From contig NW_014577080.1 of assembly GCF_000485595.1 (NCBI RefSeq), positions 529,423 through 567,936 of the forward strand: DNA of 38,514 bases. The letters run 5' to 3'. This DNA comes from Priapulus caudatus (taxonomy: Eukaryota). The position numbers and the translations under genes were made by a program. Under the pieces are notes generated by a model. That model was not told where the DNA came from, made no database searches, and saw only the letters and a program-made list of their open reading frames with translations. Of the stretch, positions 13,810 to 27,636 are shown piece by piece (the stretch's first letter is position 1; each line of letters opens with the position of its first letter).

Positions 13810-14007
13810 AAATTCTCCGTCAATAATCGGCCGTCGCGCAGTCGCCGTTGCAAGAGTTTACTCGAGCAGAAATGTGACGATGGAAGTGTCAACACTGGGA
13901 GGCCTATCCGGCCGTGGACAGACGGACAGTGGTTCAAAGACAATAGTCGCCATCCGGGAGACATACAGCGGACCAGATTAACTCTGCGCAGTTATCAGAC
14001 CCGCCAG
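13810..14007 (+). pseudogene. Frameshifted copy of the Ig3 first-half exon (probable artefact)
   Basis: Matches 27457-27636 (attctccgtcaataat ... agaaatgtgacgatg ... gacggacagtggttcaaagacaat) with many small insertions; the 3' end is approximate. Confidence 0.75.
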
Positions 14008-15913
14008 TACACTTACCGCTGAGTAAAATAGCTATAATCGAGAAAGCGCACATGAGATGTCCAATTGTATAGCACGTCTGCACAAGGCGATGGCGCGAGT
14101 TGGGTGGCATCACCGGTAAAAGTCCGTTGTTTGCTTATAGGATTTTTAATTTGTGCGCTGCAATGAATGGACAGCGATTCTGATGATCATTTCCGACTGC
14201 AGTATCAACATTGGTATACACACGGCTGTGTGAAACTTTTAAAATTACGAGAAAAATATAACATAGTACATTAATTAAATGCGACTTAAAAAGTAAAAAG
14301 ATAAAGAGATAAAAAGTAAATTAAGAAAGACTATAAGCCGATACGACGCCAACGCCAATGAATGTGCACAATCTCCATAAAAGCACATTAATGATAGCAT
14401 TTGAGTTTGATGTTGCGTATCTAAATTAGCATAGATTTTGCTAGATGTAAGAAACAACGGTTTTTTCTTTTCGGCGTTAAAGCAGGAATATTCAAGACAC
14501 AATAACCAAGCATAAACTTAATGATTGACGGGCTATAACGATCATGTTTAGTTTGGTTGTTTTACTATTGCAATCTATGTAGTCCGTGGCGATATTGATA
14601 ACCAGTTGATTGCGTGCGCTATTTTCATTTTAGCGTAGTGCTGCGTAACAATTACCAGGCGCTATGCCATGGCATGGGGCATTCTGATGCATATACATGA
14701 AGGCACTGGCAGGGCCAACATGACCCCGAGTGACCCCATCTGCCCGAATAACGCGGGGTATGAGAAGAATAGCTCGAATTGTAGACAGAGTCCAACCCGG
14801 CTACCGCTGCAGGCATGTATCTAAGCGAAGCCGGCATGCCCGGAAATGTGAGAACTTTGCCGGGCCCTAAATCTCAAGTGCTGTGATTGTTTGCCGTCAG
14901 TGAGGACATGTCCATTTTGTCAAACTGGTCGGGGGTTCCATCGTCCGCGCATCGTGCTTTCCCCTGGCAGGGCAGGCTGGAACACGACAAAGTCAACTGA
15001 GCGACGCGGGCGCACACACGCCGTTATTTGGCCCGGTTGAGTGGTTCGCAACTGGTTCATATCCCTTTATTCTTCCAGAGCGCCTGAAACACTAAGAAGA
15101 GGGTTCTTATCGTCGTGAAACGAGAGGATGGGCCCTTTATAAGTGCAGGGCCACACACCACCAGGCGTTATACTCACGTTTGGCGCAGAACTCAGGCGTA
15201 TTATCGGATAGACTGCGCGCGAGCAGTCTTGTCTGCTGTCCTGTACGACCTGGTGGGATCGTTTTCTGGCGTTCTGTGGGTCTGTTATTTCTTATATCTG
15301 TCTATTTCCCGGAGAAATCCCACGACCAGTGTCCAGCTCTATAAGTTACATCCCCTTTTGATCGCGGGATACCTTTTACTCAGCATTAATACGCCAGGGA
15401 GCATCGTTCGACAGTCTCGCTGAGAGACTGGAAACCGTAATGGCGTTTCTTACCCCAGTAGTAAATAGATATGAGCCGCGCCGTCGATGTCAATTTGTAA
15501 GAAAAAATATCCGGAACATGTTAACGACTTGATTGCCAAGTATGAATTGGCAATCCGTCAATTAGGAAAATAATCGCGATTTTAGAACAGTGTTAGTATG
15601 CGGAGATGTGTTTGGTAGTTGTGTACTTTCGTATGTGTGCTAGCGGTTTGGTTGCAAAAGTCAGAGCGCATACAAACACCATTTAAAGCATAAATAACCG
15701 TCCGTTACGGCTCGTGTTAAGATTACAAACAATACAGTAATGATGGGGGAGAACCACAACCAGGGAACCCGAGACGATTTGAGTTGGTCACTAATTGATG
15801 AAGGGTTATTCCACAAGTGGCTGAACGAAATGGGTCACGCTGACACGAGTGATTCGCAGTGCAGGTGGCGTTTATCGTATTTATAGACTAGATCGAACAT
15901 GACCAGCAAATAG

Positions 15914-15938
15914 NNNNNNNNNNNNNNNNNNNNNNNNN
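15914..15938. other. Assembly gap (25 N)
   Basis: Run of 25 n characters. Confidence 1.
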
Positions 15939-16101
15939 GCATACATTACATACATACATACATACATACATAACTACATACATACATACATACATACATA
16001 CATACATACATACATACATACATACATACATACATACTACATACTAGCATACATACATACATTTAAAAAACATACATACAATACATAACATACATCATAC
16101 A

Positions 16102-16132
<31 letters not shown>

Positions 16133-16248
16133 CATACATACATGACATACATACATACATACTACATACATACATACATACATTACATACATTACATACA
16201 TTACATACATTACATGACATACATACATACATACATACATACAATACA

Positions 16249-16279
<31 letters not shown>

Positions 16280-17720
16280 CATAATACATACATACATACC
16301 ATACATAAATACATACATACATACATACAACTATACAATTACATACAGGTACATTACATACATACATAGTATACATACATAGCATACATACCATAGCATA
16401 CATACATAACATACATACATTACGATACATACATACATACATACATACATACATACATACATACATACATACATACATACATACATACATACATACATAC
16501 ATACATACATACACACGCGCACGCACGCACGCACGCACGCATATACACCCACGCGCGCAAGCACGCACACACGCACGCACGCACACACTTGGCTGCCGGG
16601 AGATGCCCAGACAGGTGTGTGCACAGTGTTCACTTCGTCAGCGTTCTTGTATGATCAAGACGGTTCGCTCTACGGCAAGCGTAATTGCGGCATCAGAGAA
16701 GCTGAGCAAACAGCACAAGCATGTCTAAGTGCTTCAGCGCAGTTCAACAGGCAATCAAGCAGAAACCTAAAGAGGAGCAACAAACATCGGAAAACAAACC
16801 TTGAGAATAAATTCGGATCTTCGCTTCGCGCCACTGCCATCATGCAGAAAAACACATATATGCAGTAAAAAAATATATGCCTGCCATGCCATGCAAATCG
16901 AGTCAGACAGTTCTGAATATCAGGAGGCCAACAAAAGCGCCATTTTTAGAGCCTTGTTAAACTAAGCGACGCATAAAATGCTTAGTCATGTCTTTCCTGA
17001 ATATCGTACAGACGACGCTCCATACGTCTCTAAGCCTCTTCCTGCTAGATAAGCGCAATAAAAAACACATACCCTCTCGATTGGTTTCACGAAGCGGTAT
17101 AAGTTGAACGCTACCTATATCTAGGGCGCATGTGAATGAATGCAAGCCGTATCACATTTTCTGCATTCCATCTTCTGCCGACATGGAGGAGCTGGAGGCT
17201 GGAGCGGTGTGTGCGTGTTCGCGCTCGTAAGACAGCGTGCGCGCGCATGCTGGAGCACACGTTCGCGCAGTGACAGTGCGCGTGCGTGCATGCGTGCGTG
17301 TGTCCGCGCGTTCAAGTATGTGGGCGCGTGTGGGTGCACGTGCGCTTGTACGGCGGTGTACGCGCGCATGGTAGAGCACGAGTGCGCGCAGTAACGGTGC
17401 GCGTGCGTGTCGGAGTGCGTGCGTCTGTGCGTGCATGCGTGCGTGCGTGCGTGCGTCTGTGCGTGCGTGCGTGCGTGCAGTGAGCGGAGTGGTAGTTAAA
17501 GCGCATGCATGGATCATTCGATGGCAGCCCGCGGCGCTTCCGTACTCTCTTATAGATTTTAGATTCCCCATTTTTGCCTAATGTTCTGCAAAAATAAACA
17601 AAGAACGACTCACCGTACGCATTGCGATGAATTTTAGGTACTATACAATGTAATACCTCGTACATACGTGCTACGTGCATCTAAACAGTGATCATCTACG
17701 ATAGTGAGTTTAATTTTACT
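15939..17720 (+). repeat. Third partial copy (C): (CATA)n/(GCAC)n tract at 15939-16586 plus a roughly 1.1 kb block matching about 7630-8970 and about 21850-23225
   Basis: cacttggctgccgg ... atcagagaagc ... gacatggaggagctg ... gatagtgagtt is recognisable in all three places. Confidence 0.93.
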
Positions 17721-20264
17721 CACAGTCGGTAACGGCGACTGCTACGGTGGCTGTGACGTAGCCATAACATCAGGAGTGTATAATATAGTCAGGTCATATG
17801 CATGTTATCAAGATGTTATCAGGAATGTCTATATTATACACTCCTAAATGTGTCAGTGACATCCATGTAACACAACATGTGACTTCATGTCTGCACTGCA
17901 ATTGTTCGTGTGTTAAGCGGGACGTGGGAACCGTGTGGGGGAGGAGGAGGGGGATGAGATTCGCAGGAAGTCGCAGGAATATCTACGAATACTACAACAC
18001 ATACTATATTTTCCTGCACATTAAATCGTGAACAAGCAAGAAAAATTGAAAAAATTTAAATACCTTTCAACAAGCCTTACACCCTGCACTGCTACGCTGC
18101 TGCCACTTCGCTATACTACTGCTTACCTGCTGCTACTACTGCATGCCACAGTATAGTACTAAATACTAGCTATAGTTGCTCCGTATTTTACGCGGGCGTA
18201 TAGCTACTAACTACGTATATATTATGCGTATTCTAGAAAAAATTATTTGCAGGTTGGTAAGCTGGATTTTGATGCTGACGTTACAATAGAAATAGCAATA
18301 CCAATAGCAATACCAATACAATGGCAATAAAAATAACAATAACAAATATATTTCGCGTGCGCGAGCTTCACAATCATGCATCGCAGCTCACTGTGGAGAC
18401 AGTAACGTATATGACACCACGTATAATTTTAATTTGTTCTAACTTTTATCTCGCTGTCATCACTCGCATTCTTTTGTGTACGCGTGCATGTGTTTTTTTT
18501 TACAGTTTTTTCTCCTTTTAATAGTATTCAATTTAATGCTTTGAACGCGGACTTGGTTTCTTTCGATACGGCTGCATGATTGAGCGATTCGTCACGCTAC
18601 TGGGCACTAACACAAATTGAGAACGAATTTTTAAATGTCTTGCACGAGTTCAGAGTAGATACGACTGCATGCGTGTGTAAGCGTGTATGTAATCAATCGG
18701 GATTAACGTGTGTCTGTTACATCGGTTTTATTTGGGGGCATAATATTCGTTGCATGGCTTCGCGTATGGCTATCGTTGCTTATGCGCTCCAACAAAACAG
18801 AATCTTATATGAAATATTACGAAGTATATATACAAATCAATAATCTGGTCATGTATAACCGTACGAGAATGAATAGATGGAATACACGCAGGCGCGCGCA
18901 TGCACACAAATACACGCGCACGCGTGCGTGCAAATCGACGGACGAACGCACACACGGACGCACGCGCACGGGCACACGCACACGACCACACACACACGCA
19001 CACACACATACAACAACACAGCACACACACAACAACACACCCACACAACACACGCCGCGCCGCCGAAGGCGCGCGCGCAACACAGACGATCAAATAGTTG
19101 CCTGAAATTAAGATTTACTCCTGGAACGTAATGGTTTATTGTGTTAGTTTAGGAGTGTTCGTGATATTTTATAACTGGAAGCTTTGCATAGCGCTGGTGA
19201 GACAAAAATGGTCACAATTCTTGCGCTGAATTCACCGGTTTTCCCAGCACTGCATCTCAGCTCGTTAAGAAAAAGGCTAGCATCTCCATAATCCTAGGCC
19301 CACCAAGAACGCAAAAGCCATGAAAGCGAACTGAGAATAGCATTCGACTCGTCGATAAAATTCGAACCTGCAGTCGGGCAACGAAAAAAATTATACCGAT
19401 GGAATTCATACTTGTAACTTCTTATAGCAGCAATCATATCAATTTGAATCTGGTCTCTATTTTTTCTACCTGTCATTTCTTCTGCTTATTGGCGCCATCG
19501 TGCATGGCATGCTCGGCTTTCGTAATTGCTGAGATACGGGTACTATAAGGAGGCCATAATACTATATTTTTTCATACTAACATACAGATATGTATACTGT
19601 ACGAAGACCGTTAGACTTACTTGTTATATCATTTAATCATGAATTTAATTAATAATAGATTTAGTTGGGAATAAAACTTCAAGGTCGACACGTCGGTCCA
19701 ACACAGAAAAAGCGCACACTTTTACATTTCCGTCGTAGATCAGTACACGGACCACGTCGAGCAGATATATTGTTCCTAGTTCACAAATGGCAGTGACGGG
19801 ATTCGCGTAATATAATTTATTTGAGCGTAAATCAGGGAAGCCATATTTACCCATATATGCATGTTTTGCGAGTTTCGGCAGCACGCGAGCGAAAGTCATG
19901 CGTGACTATATTGCGCTGCCAGTGTAACACTCGCCGCGTCTGTGCAAGAAGCTCAAAAAATGATCATCTGGCGCGACTATCGATGTTGGCAATTATGATA
20001 TGTACGCCTCCTCCCTCACATATAATCTCCCCGTGCCAGTTATTTTGGGTGGTAGGGTGCGTATCGAAAATTTGATCCGCCGCTTTGCAGGCTCAAATAG
20101 AATCGATATAACGGTACCATTGAAACGCAAAGTGTGTATTGCCGTTTGTACAAACCACGGCATCTCATACATACACGACACCCACTGCGAGCGCGGCCAC
20201 ACGCAGCACGCAATACACTCCGCGACGCACACACCATCCAGTGCAACTACAAACAACCGAACAC

Positions 20265-21720
20265 ATCACGCACGCGCACGCACGCGCGCCACAACACGCA
20301 CACACACACCTATAGTACACAACACACACACACACACACCACGCACGCACGCACCACTGCACGGCAACCCGCCATACGCCAACCACACCACCACTATTAT
20401 ACAGAAACATACATACATACATACACTACATACATCATACATACATCCATACATACACATCATTTCAAACACAACATACATACAATACATCCATCCATAC
20501 AGCATGCAATGCACTGCATGCATGCATGCGTGCGTCGAGGCGGTGCGTTCGTGTGCGTGCGTGCGCTGCTGCGTCGCGTGCGTCAGTTGCGTGCGTGGCG
20601 GCGTGCCGAGCATCCGTGGCCGTCGCTGCAGTGCGGCAGTGCTGCTGCGTGCGTGCGTACGTACGTACGTACGTACGTACGTAAACATACATACATACAT
20701 AACCATACATAATCTAACATACATACATACACTACATTCATACCATACATACACATCACAATACATACATACATAGTCATACATACATACATACATACAT
20801 ACCTAACACCCATACATACATACATAATAACATACATACATACATCACAACATAATCACATAAATCACCATACATCCATAATTACATACATATAATACAT
20901 ACCCATACATACATACAGATACATACATACATGACAACTACATACATACATACTACATACATACATAATACACTACATACTACATACATACATACATACA
21001 TACATACATACATACATACATACATACAACATACATACATACATACCATACATACATACATACAATCATACATACATACAATACAACATGCATAGCCATG
21101 CTGCATGCATGCAGCCATACCATACATACATACATACATACATTAACATACATACATACATACATACATACACTACATGACAGTACAATAGATAATAACA
21201 TACATCACACTACACTACATACATGCTTGCATACATACCAAACAATACAGCACATAGAATAACATAGCATACATACATACAATACATACATACCATAGCA
21301 TATGCAATACATACATAGATACATACATACAGTACATACATACATTAATATATACAATACATACATTACTACAATACCATACATACATACAAACATACTA
21401 TACATAACATACATACATACATACATACTTACATACATACATACATACATACATTACTACAATACTACATACAAACTACATTTAGCCATAACCCACTATC
21501 ATACATACATACATACATATCTATACATTACATAAATACATACATACGATACTAGTACATTAACATAGCATCATACATACACAACATACAAGGGGTTACA
21601 TAACAGACATACACTACAATACATTCATTACATACATACAAATAATGAGCAGTACATAATACATACATAAATACGATACATACATACATACATCTGACAT
21701 AGTCAGTGAGCCTACATACC
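20265..21720. repeat. Degenerate (CA)n / (GCGT)n / (TACG)n / (CATA)n tract, counterpart of 4381-7511 but shorter and without the MITEs
   Basis: Direct reading; the flanks match those of copy A. Confidence 0.9.
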
Positions 21721-23841
21721 ACACGCCGCACGTTGCCACTTCTATGCCACCGCCCTGATATACACCACACCGGACGAGCAAGCTCACAGTCTACCCACAG
21801 CTTGATATTAACGGAAAGTTCTGTTGCACCGATCCCACGACGACTGCACACAGCTTGTCGCCGGTGACAGATGCCCAGTACAGTGTGTGCAACAGTTCAC
21901 TTCGTCAGGCAAGTAATACTATTTAATCATCAAACAACGATGTCAGCCTAGCCGGACACAAGCGTAATGCGGCCATTCAGAGAAGCTGAGCAAACATCGA
22001 GACAAGCATGGATTCCCTACTTAGTGCTCAGCGGCATCAACAGGCAATCAAGCTTAACCACGCATAATGGACAGAGACCGAGACAACAACACGAGAAAAA
22101 AGCAAACTGACTCTGTAGAATAGAATTCGTGAGTACAATATCGTTCTTTCGCGGCTGGCCAACGCTGCCATCATGCAGAAAAACACATATAACTCCAGAC
22201 AAAAAATATATCCGCGCACCCATGAACTCGTAAGTCAGACAAGTTCTTGAATATGCAGGAGGCCACAAAAGCGCCATTTTTAGAGCTTCAGTTATAAACT
22301 AAGCGACTCATAATAAAAGCTTAGTCATGTCCCTTTCCTGAATATCTACAGACGACGCTTCCAACGCTCTAAGCCTTCCTGCTAGATAAGCGCAATAAAA
22401 ACACATACTCTCGATTGGTTTGCCACGAAGCGAGTATAAAATTGAACGCTACCTATATCTAGGCGCATGTGAATGAATGCAAGGTCGATCCACATTTCTG
22501 CATCCATCTCGTCCGACATGGAGGAGGCTGGAGGCTGGAGCGTGTGTGCGTGTTCAGCGCATCGTAGATAGCGTGCGCTGCCGCATGCTGAGCACACGTT
22601 CGCGCAGTGACAGTGCGCGTGCGTGCGTCGTGTGCCCGCGCGTCAAGTATGGTGGCGGCGTGTGGGTGCACGTGCGATGTAACGGGTGTACGCGGCGCAT
22701 GTCAGACGCACCGAAGCGCGCACTTAAATCGGTGCGCTGCGTCTGCTCGGCGTGCGTGCGCCTGTGCGTGCAATGCGTTGTGGTGCGGCGTGCGTCTGTG
22801 CGTGACTCGTGCCTGCGTGCGTGCGTGCGTGCGTGCGTGGTGCGTGCGTGCGTGTTGTGCGTCATGCGGCGTGCGTGCGGCGTGTGCGTGCGTGGGCGTG
22901 CTGTCTGTGCGGCGTGCGTGCGTGCGTCTATGCGATGGCGTGCCGTGCGGCAGTGACGGAGATGGTAGCTCTAAAGCGCACGCATGGATCATTCGATGGC
23001 AGCCCCGGACGGCGCTCGTTCACTCTCATATAGTTAGATATTGAGGATCTCCCTCATATTTGCCTATATGTTCTGCAACTAAAACAATAGGGACGAAACA
23101 TCAAACCGTCGCATTGCGAGATAAAATACAATTTTATGGTACTATAACATGTAGATCCCGTTACATAAAACGTGGCTACCTAAATCTTAAACATGAATCA
23201 TCACGAATGAGTGAGTTAATTTTAAAATTAAAAATTTACAAACTGTTACGTTGCCTGCATAGATGCCATCATTGTGGAATGCAGCTACATTCAACAGAGG
23301 AAGCTATATATATAATATATATATAATTACTATATAAATATATAATATATTATGAGTTTATATATATATATGAAGCTGCACTGGTCTATAATATTGTTAC
23401 GTGTGAGCAATGCACACGGGGTAGATACGCTGTACACCTGCAAAATCTGTCTTTGATGTGCGCCGTGTCTGGGCCCTCGAGGTTATTTGACATTCACAGC
23501 ATTGCTATGCAACATTGCTCGCGAATATTTTTAGTGTTTCGTGTGAAAAGCGAATGACGAGTGTGCTAACGATCGAGCTGGCAGTGGGGCGTGTGCGAAC
23601 CGAGAGAAAGGCATTAAGAAACACGCTTCTGATCTCTCGAAACATATTAATAATGTGCGCTGCATCTTAATCGAGATCTTGGCTTCTGAAGCAACGCTTA
23701 TAACAATTGATTACCTCCGTCCCATTATTAAAACACGCAGTTGTATACGCGATAATTTTTCTTCCAGAAAATGCATAAGTACTAGCTTAAAACGGACGAT
23801 CTGCGTACTTGATCAAGCATGCCTCTCGCGGCTTCTTGCAG

Positions 23842-23938
23842 TTTCTCGGTGCATATAGGATCCTGTAGGCTTAGAAGTGCTTACGCTGTATCGTTGCTCT
23901 ATAGTTCTATTAAACCGAACCACACTATTATGTAAATG
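23842..23938 (+). CDS. Speculative candidate for the missing Ig1 C-terminal exon (needs indel correction)
   Basis: Acceptor gcttcttgcAG. Removing two single bases gives a phase 2 to phase 1 exon reading FSVHIDPVGLEVLTLYRCSIVLLNRTTLYVN[V]. Copy A (9632-9740) reads WYRCSIVSIKARESTLYLN. It lacks the canonical DxG motif and the donor is weak. Confidence 0.2.
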
Positions 23939-24664
23939 GTATCGTGCGATGCATTCCACATAATTGACTTAACGTATATTCATCATACGATGCAGGGCAT
24001 AGCGATTCGTGACGGAGATCTCACATTCTTGATATAAATCGTGCACGTAATTGTAACTTGCGCAGATAAAGATTGCAATTATGATAGAAAGATGGTGTGG
24101 CGCTCATTCTATCCATACTCTTACCCCTCTATAATTTACACCGCAGCGTATTATTCTTCAATTAAGTTCTCACAATTTTATTGACGCAAATTGATCGGCT
24201 TCTGACTATTAACTCCGTATTAAACGGGAAAGCGAGCATTGTGTCTAATATATGTTTTGCAGTTAACGTAATATAAATCTTCTATATGCTACAATACAGA
24301 AAACATTGCGTACAGTGTCGGCACAGTCACAATAAATTGTGCGCGTGTAACGGTACAAAGGGCATTAAAGCTGTTTGTCGGCTATAATGCAACCATATTT
24401 ACAGTTTCCAACATCACAAGAACGAGAAAACACATTAACCCTATTATTTGAAACGTAACCGCGCCATCGCTCCACATCGCGTTTATAGCTCGATTCGAAT
24501 GTTCGATTATTTATTTCGAATGCTGTTATACTGTCCAGCCACGCGCGAGCAGCGCTATACAAAAGATGGGATGCCACATTACCAGGCCTACATAAAATGC
24601 AAGAATTTACGAATAGTACGAATGCCCGTAAAAATGTCGCGCTGCCGCGTGTTTTTTTTTGCAG

Positions 24665-24820
24665 TTCCGCCACATTTTATTTCGTCTGAGAATACGCAGT
24701 CCGAGATTGAGGTGATGGAAGGAGCAAACGTGACGATGGAATGCGAGGCACGAGGTTTGCCTACCCCGAATATCACATGGCGCAGGGACGATGACAAGAA
24801 ACTGAGTTTGGCCAGACCAG
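24665..24820 (+). CDS. Lachesin/DIP/IgLON-like Ig adhesion protein, exon for first half of Ig2 ([V]PPHFISSENTQSEIEVMEGANVTMECEARGLPTPNITWRRDDDKKLSLARP)
   Basis: Acceptor tttttttttgcAG, donor CAG|GTGAGT, 156 nt, phase 1-1. The motif VPP...EGxNVTxxCxAxGxPxPxITWRRxD is characteristic of lachesin/DIP Ig2. Confidence 0.93.
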
Positions 24821-26775
24821 GTGAGTTATCACAACCGACGGATAGCGTTAGCAGTTCGCGAACATGAACAAGGACTATTATCACAATTCCACCGCTATAA
24901 TAAGGCATTTTCCTTAACGCAATATTCCTGGTTTCCGTCTATATAACATGCTCGTACTAAAACGATTTTCGTGTCTCGCTATCCACTATACCGCCTACTC
25001 AACCTATATATACTGTGGCATATCTCGAGTGTTTTGTTTTCTTGTCGGCAATAGCGAAACTGACGGTTTCTTCTCAGACCACCTTTTGTCTGCTTACTAC
25101 GCGAGTGGGAGTACTTGATAGCGGAATTTTTATAGAGAAATTCTTAATGAAAAGCAGCACGTACGTGCCACTTTACATGATACATAGCTTACGCTAGACG
25201 TCATAGCAATTGAGCTAGGTAGAGGTTGACGCCATGCAAACGATTAAATCTACGATCAAACCATGCAAACGATCAAACGTTTTAATAATCTCGCTCACAT
25301 TCATTAATTTCACAACCTCTTCATTCACGAAAGCAGTGATAAAATGCATGTTCACGTTTGTCCATCTTTATCGGGGAATGATATATCCAACAATCTAACT
25401 GCCAACGGCCATTCAGATTTAAATATTTAACGCCATTTCGGTTCGCACCTAAAACGCTACCTTTGGCATATACAGTCGATCTTGTAGTTAAATCTGACAG
25501 GCATTTTATATGTAGTCGATTTTCTGAGATGGATCGATCTGATCTTATACAGTTCTGTATGCTATTACTAACTACATCGACCCTGCGGAAAGAACACGCT
25601 TTATACGTGGAATACTATATAGTATGTAGGCGTGTTGCTGAAAAGCTTTCCGCGCACCAGAAGTCACAATGGCGGCTGACTATACCCAGTTAAATGCGAA
25701 CTATTGAAAATGAGAGGAAGCGGAATCGTGTTCCATATAATACGTTACGATGAATTAGGCATTGTTAGTTACGCACGCACGCGCTCGTCGCAATGACTCA
25801 CTGACGGACGTCATCAATATTAGACTGTGGGAAAAATTATTCAATTCCTTTTATTCTTTACAAAGTCGCTAGAACTCGGCCATGTTGCTCTGCTCTCTCT
25901 CGTCGCCCGGTGTATGGGCAGTCGATGCGTAATCTTCGAATACATTCAGTCACCGCATTCGCTTTAAACATAAGCAGAATTACAGTAATTGTATTTCTGT
26001 GCGTATAGCTGTGCGCAATTTACTGCCCGCAGAAGCGAGTACACTATACAATCAGCCTGGCTCGAGACTGAAGTAAATTGGGCAGCGCGGTAATGGCAGA
26101 CCGTGCTTGCGCACAGCCTCATGTAATAGCCGGTGTAATGTTATACGGATGACTTTATCTTCGCATGAGGCAAAATAACTTCAAACAAACATTATTACGG
26201 TAAATTCATCCATTCGGTGATGGACCGATGATTGCGCGTAATAGGCGCAGCGACGATAAAACATGGAGGAGTAGCCACCATGCGGTTATCGCGTGTGCGT
26301 GTATGTATACCAACAGTACCCGCGGGTTATATCGCGCGCGAAAGTCGTCATAAAAGAGCAGCCAGCGCGGCGGCCATGCCACCTACACGTACACGGACTG
26401 CGCGTGATAAGAGCGAGCTTATACGCGATCCGCCAGCTCATGATAAAATAAAGACGCTCTAGGCCGCTTTAATTTTGAAACGTCGAAAAACGCCGGTCAA
26501 TACAATACACACGCGCGCGCGCGCACGCACGTACACACGAACACAGCATACCACCCCGGCCAGCCAGTGCTCACGCCCGAGTGCTACAGCCAAAAAGCAA
26601 TTCGCGCGTTAATGTGACCTTGAAGTTTGACCTGCTGGTTAATTGTTTCTTAGCGCCCAATTAACGAGACTTCGCACTTCATCTGCGCGAAAAAGAGTAA
26701 CTATTAGATCCCGCGCGTGTAACGACAACTGCTACTTTTCTTTTCTCTTTCTCTCGCCTCACAACAACCACGCAG

Positions 26776-26904
26776 CTGTCTCGGCCGGCGGCAAGCGAAT
26801 CGAGCTCTACAACGTACAGCGCATGGACGCCGGCAGCTACAATTGCATCGCTTCGAACCGCGTTCCTCCTCCACGCAGTCGCAGCATCATGCTCAGAGTT
26901 CAAT
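26776..26904 (+). CDS. Same gene, exon for second half of Ig2 ([A]VSAGGKRIELYNVQRMDAGSYNCIASNRVPPPRSRSIMLRVQ)
   Basis: Long polypyrimidine tract then cgcAG, donor T|GTAAGA, 129 nt, phase 1-1. Contains DxGxYxC and the family-typical CIASNxVPP motif. Confidence 0.93.
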
Positions 26905-27456
26905 GTAAGAAGCTTCGAGATGTAAGAGAGAAATCGTGCATATGTGCTTAATGAAGTCTTTTCGCCGCGCGCACACGCGAGCGCCCGTCGTCTTTTTCAA
27001 GCAGCGACACGGGGATATCCGTTTCATAAAAAAGGTGATCTTGTGTGCGCGCGCGGGGAGGAGGTCGCGAGATTCTTAAGGGGAGAGGCTGCATAAAGAC
27101 ACGGCTTCTTTATCACTCAACGTTGGCGTCGTCGTGTTCTCCGTCGCTCATCGATTGCCAGTTTTAATTTAGTCGTTCATATGTGACTTGTAACGTAAGT
27201 GCGTATGCGCGCGCATGCGATGTGGCCTGTTTTGCGTGAAAGGCGCGCGTCTGCTTCAGATATTCCGTATGGCTATTGTGAGCCGGCGGATCTTTTTTTT
27301 GTGAAGAAAAACGATGCGCGTATAATCAGCACGCCCTAATTATGTGTGCACTAAATCAGCACCGTGCCGAAGCTTTCGTTTGTATACGCTGCTGCCGCGT
27401 TGCATGTTTTTTTCTCGCGTATATAAAAATTCCCTTTGTTATACCATTATCCGTAG

Positions 27457-27636
27457 ATTCTCCGTCAATAATGCCGTCGCCGTCGCCGTTGCAAGGAGTT
27501 GTACTCGACAGAAATGTGACGATGAAGTGTCACACTGAGGCCTATCCGGCCGTGACAGACGGACAGTGGTTCAAAGACAATATCGCCATCGGAGACATCA
27601 CGGACAGATACTTGCCAATTATCAGACCGCGCTCAG
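27457..27636 (+). CDS. Same gene, exon for first half of Ig3 ([Y]SPSIMPSPSPLQGVVLDRNVTMKCHTEAYPAVTDGQWFKDNIAIGDITDRYLPIIRPRS)
   Basis: Acceptor ccattatccgtAG; NVTxxCHTEAYP...W matches DIP-type Ig3. Donor CAG|GTACAG keeps phase 1 (180 nt), but its position is less certain because copy A differs here. Confidence 0.88.

Larger units (their letters stand above)
1917..15913 (+). repeat. Copy A of a 12-14 kb direct repeat (matches about 17721-29205); insertion-rich toward the gap
   Basis: Collinear matches throughout, e.g. 1917 cacagtcggtaacggcgac = 17721, 9116 tgaagctg = 23371, and exon copies 10554/24665, 12948/26776, 13810/27457. It ends at the N gap. Confidence 0.95.

Noticed and set aside
10554..14007. 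Dscam-like array of duplicated alternative Ig exons, or a true pseudogene paralogue
   Set aside because: Introns are duplicated equally, and the differences are random small insertions rather than codon-preserving divergence. This fits read error beside an N gap; it is retained only as the alternative to test.
19860..19945. LRVSAARE...CQCNT peptide resembling DIP Ig1 CQINT
   Set aside because: No DxGxY motif, no convincing splice sites, and the frame is not preserved in copy A (about 4045-4130).
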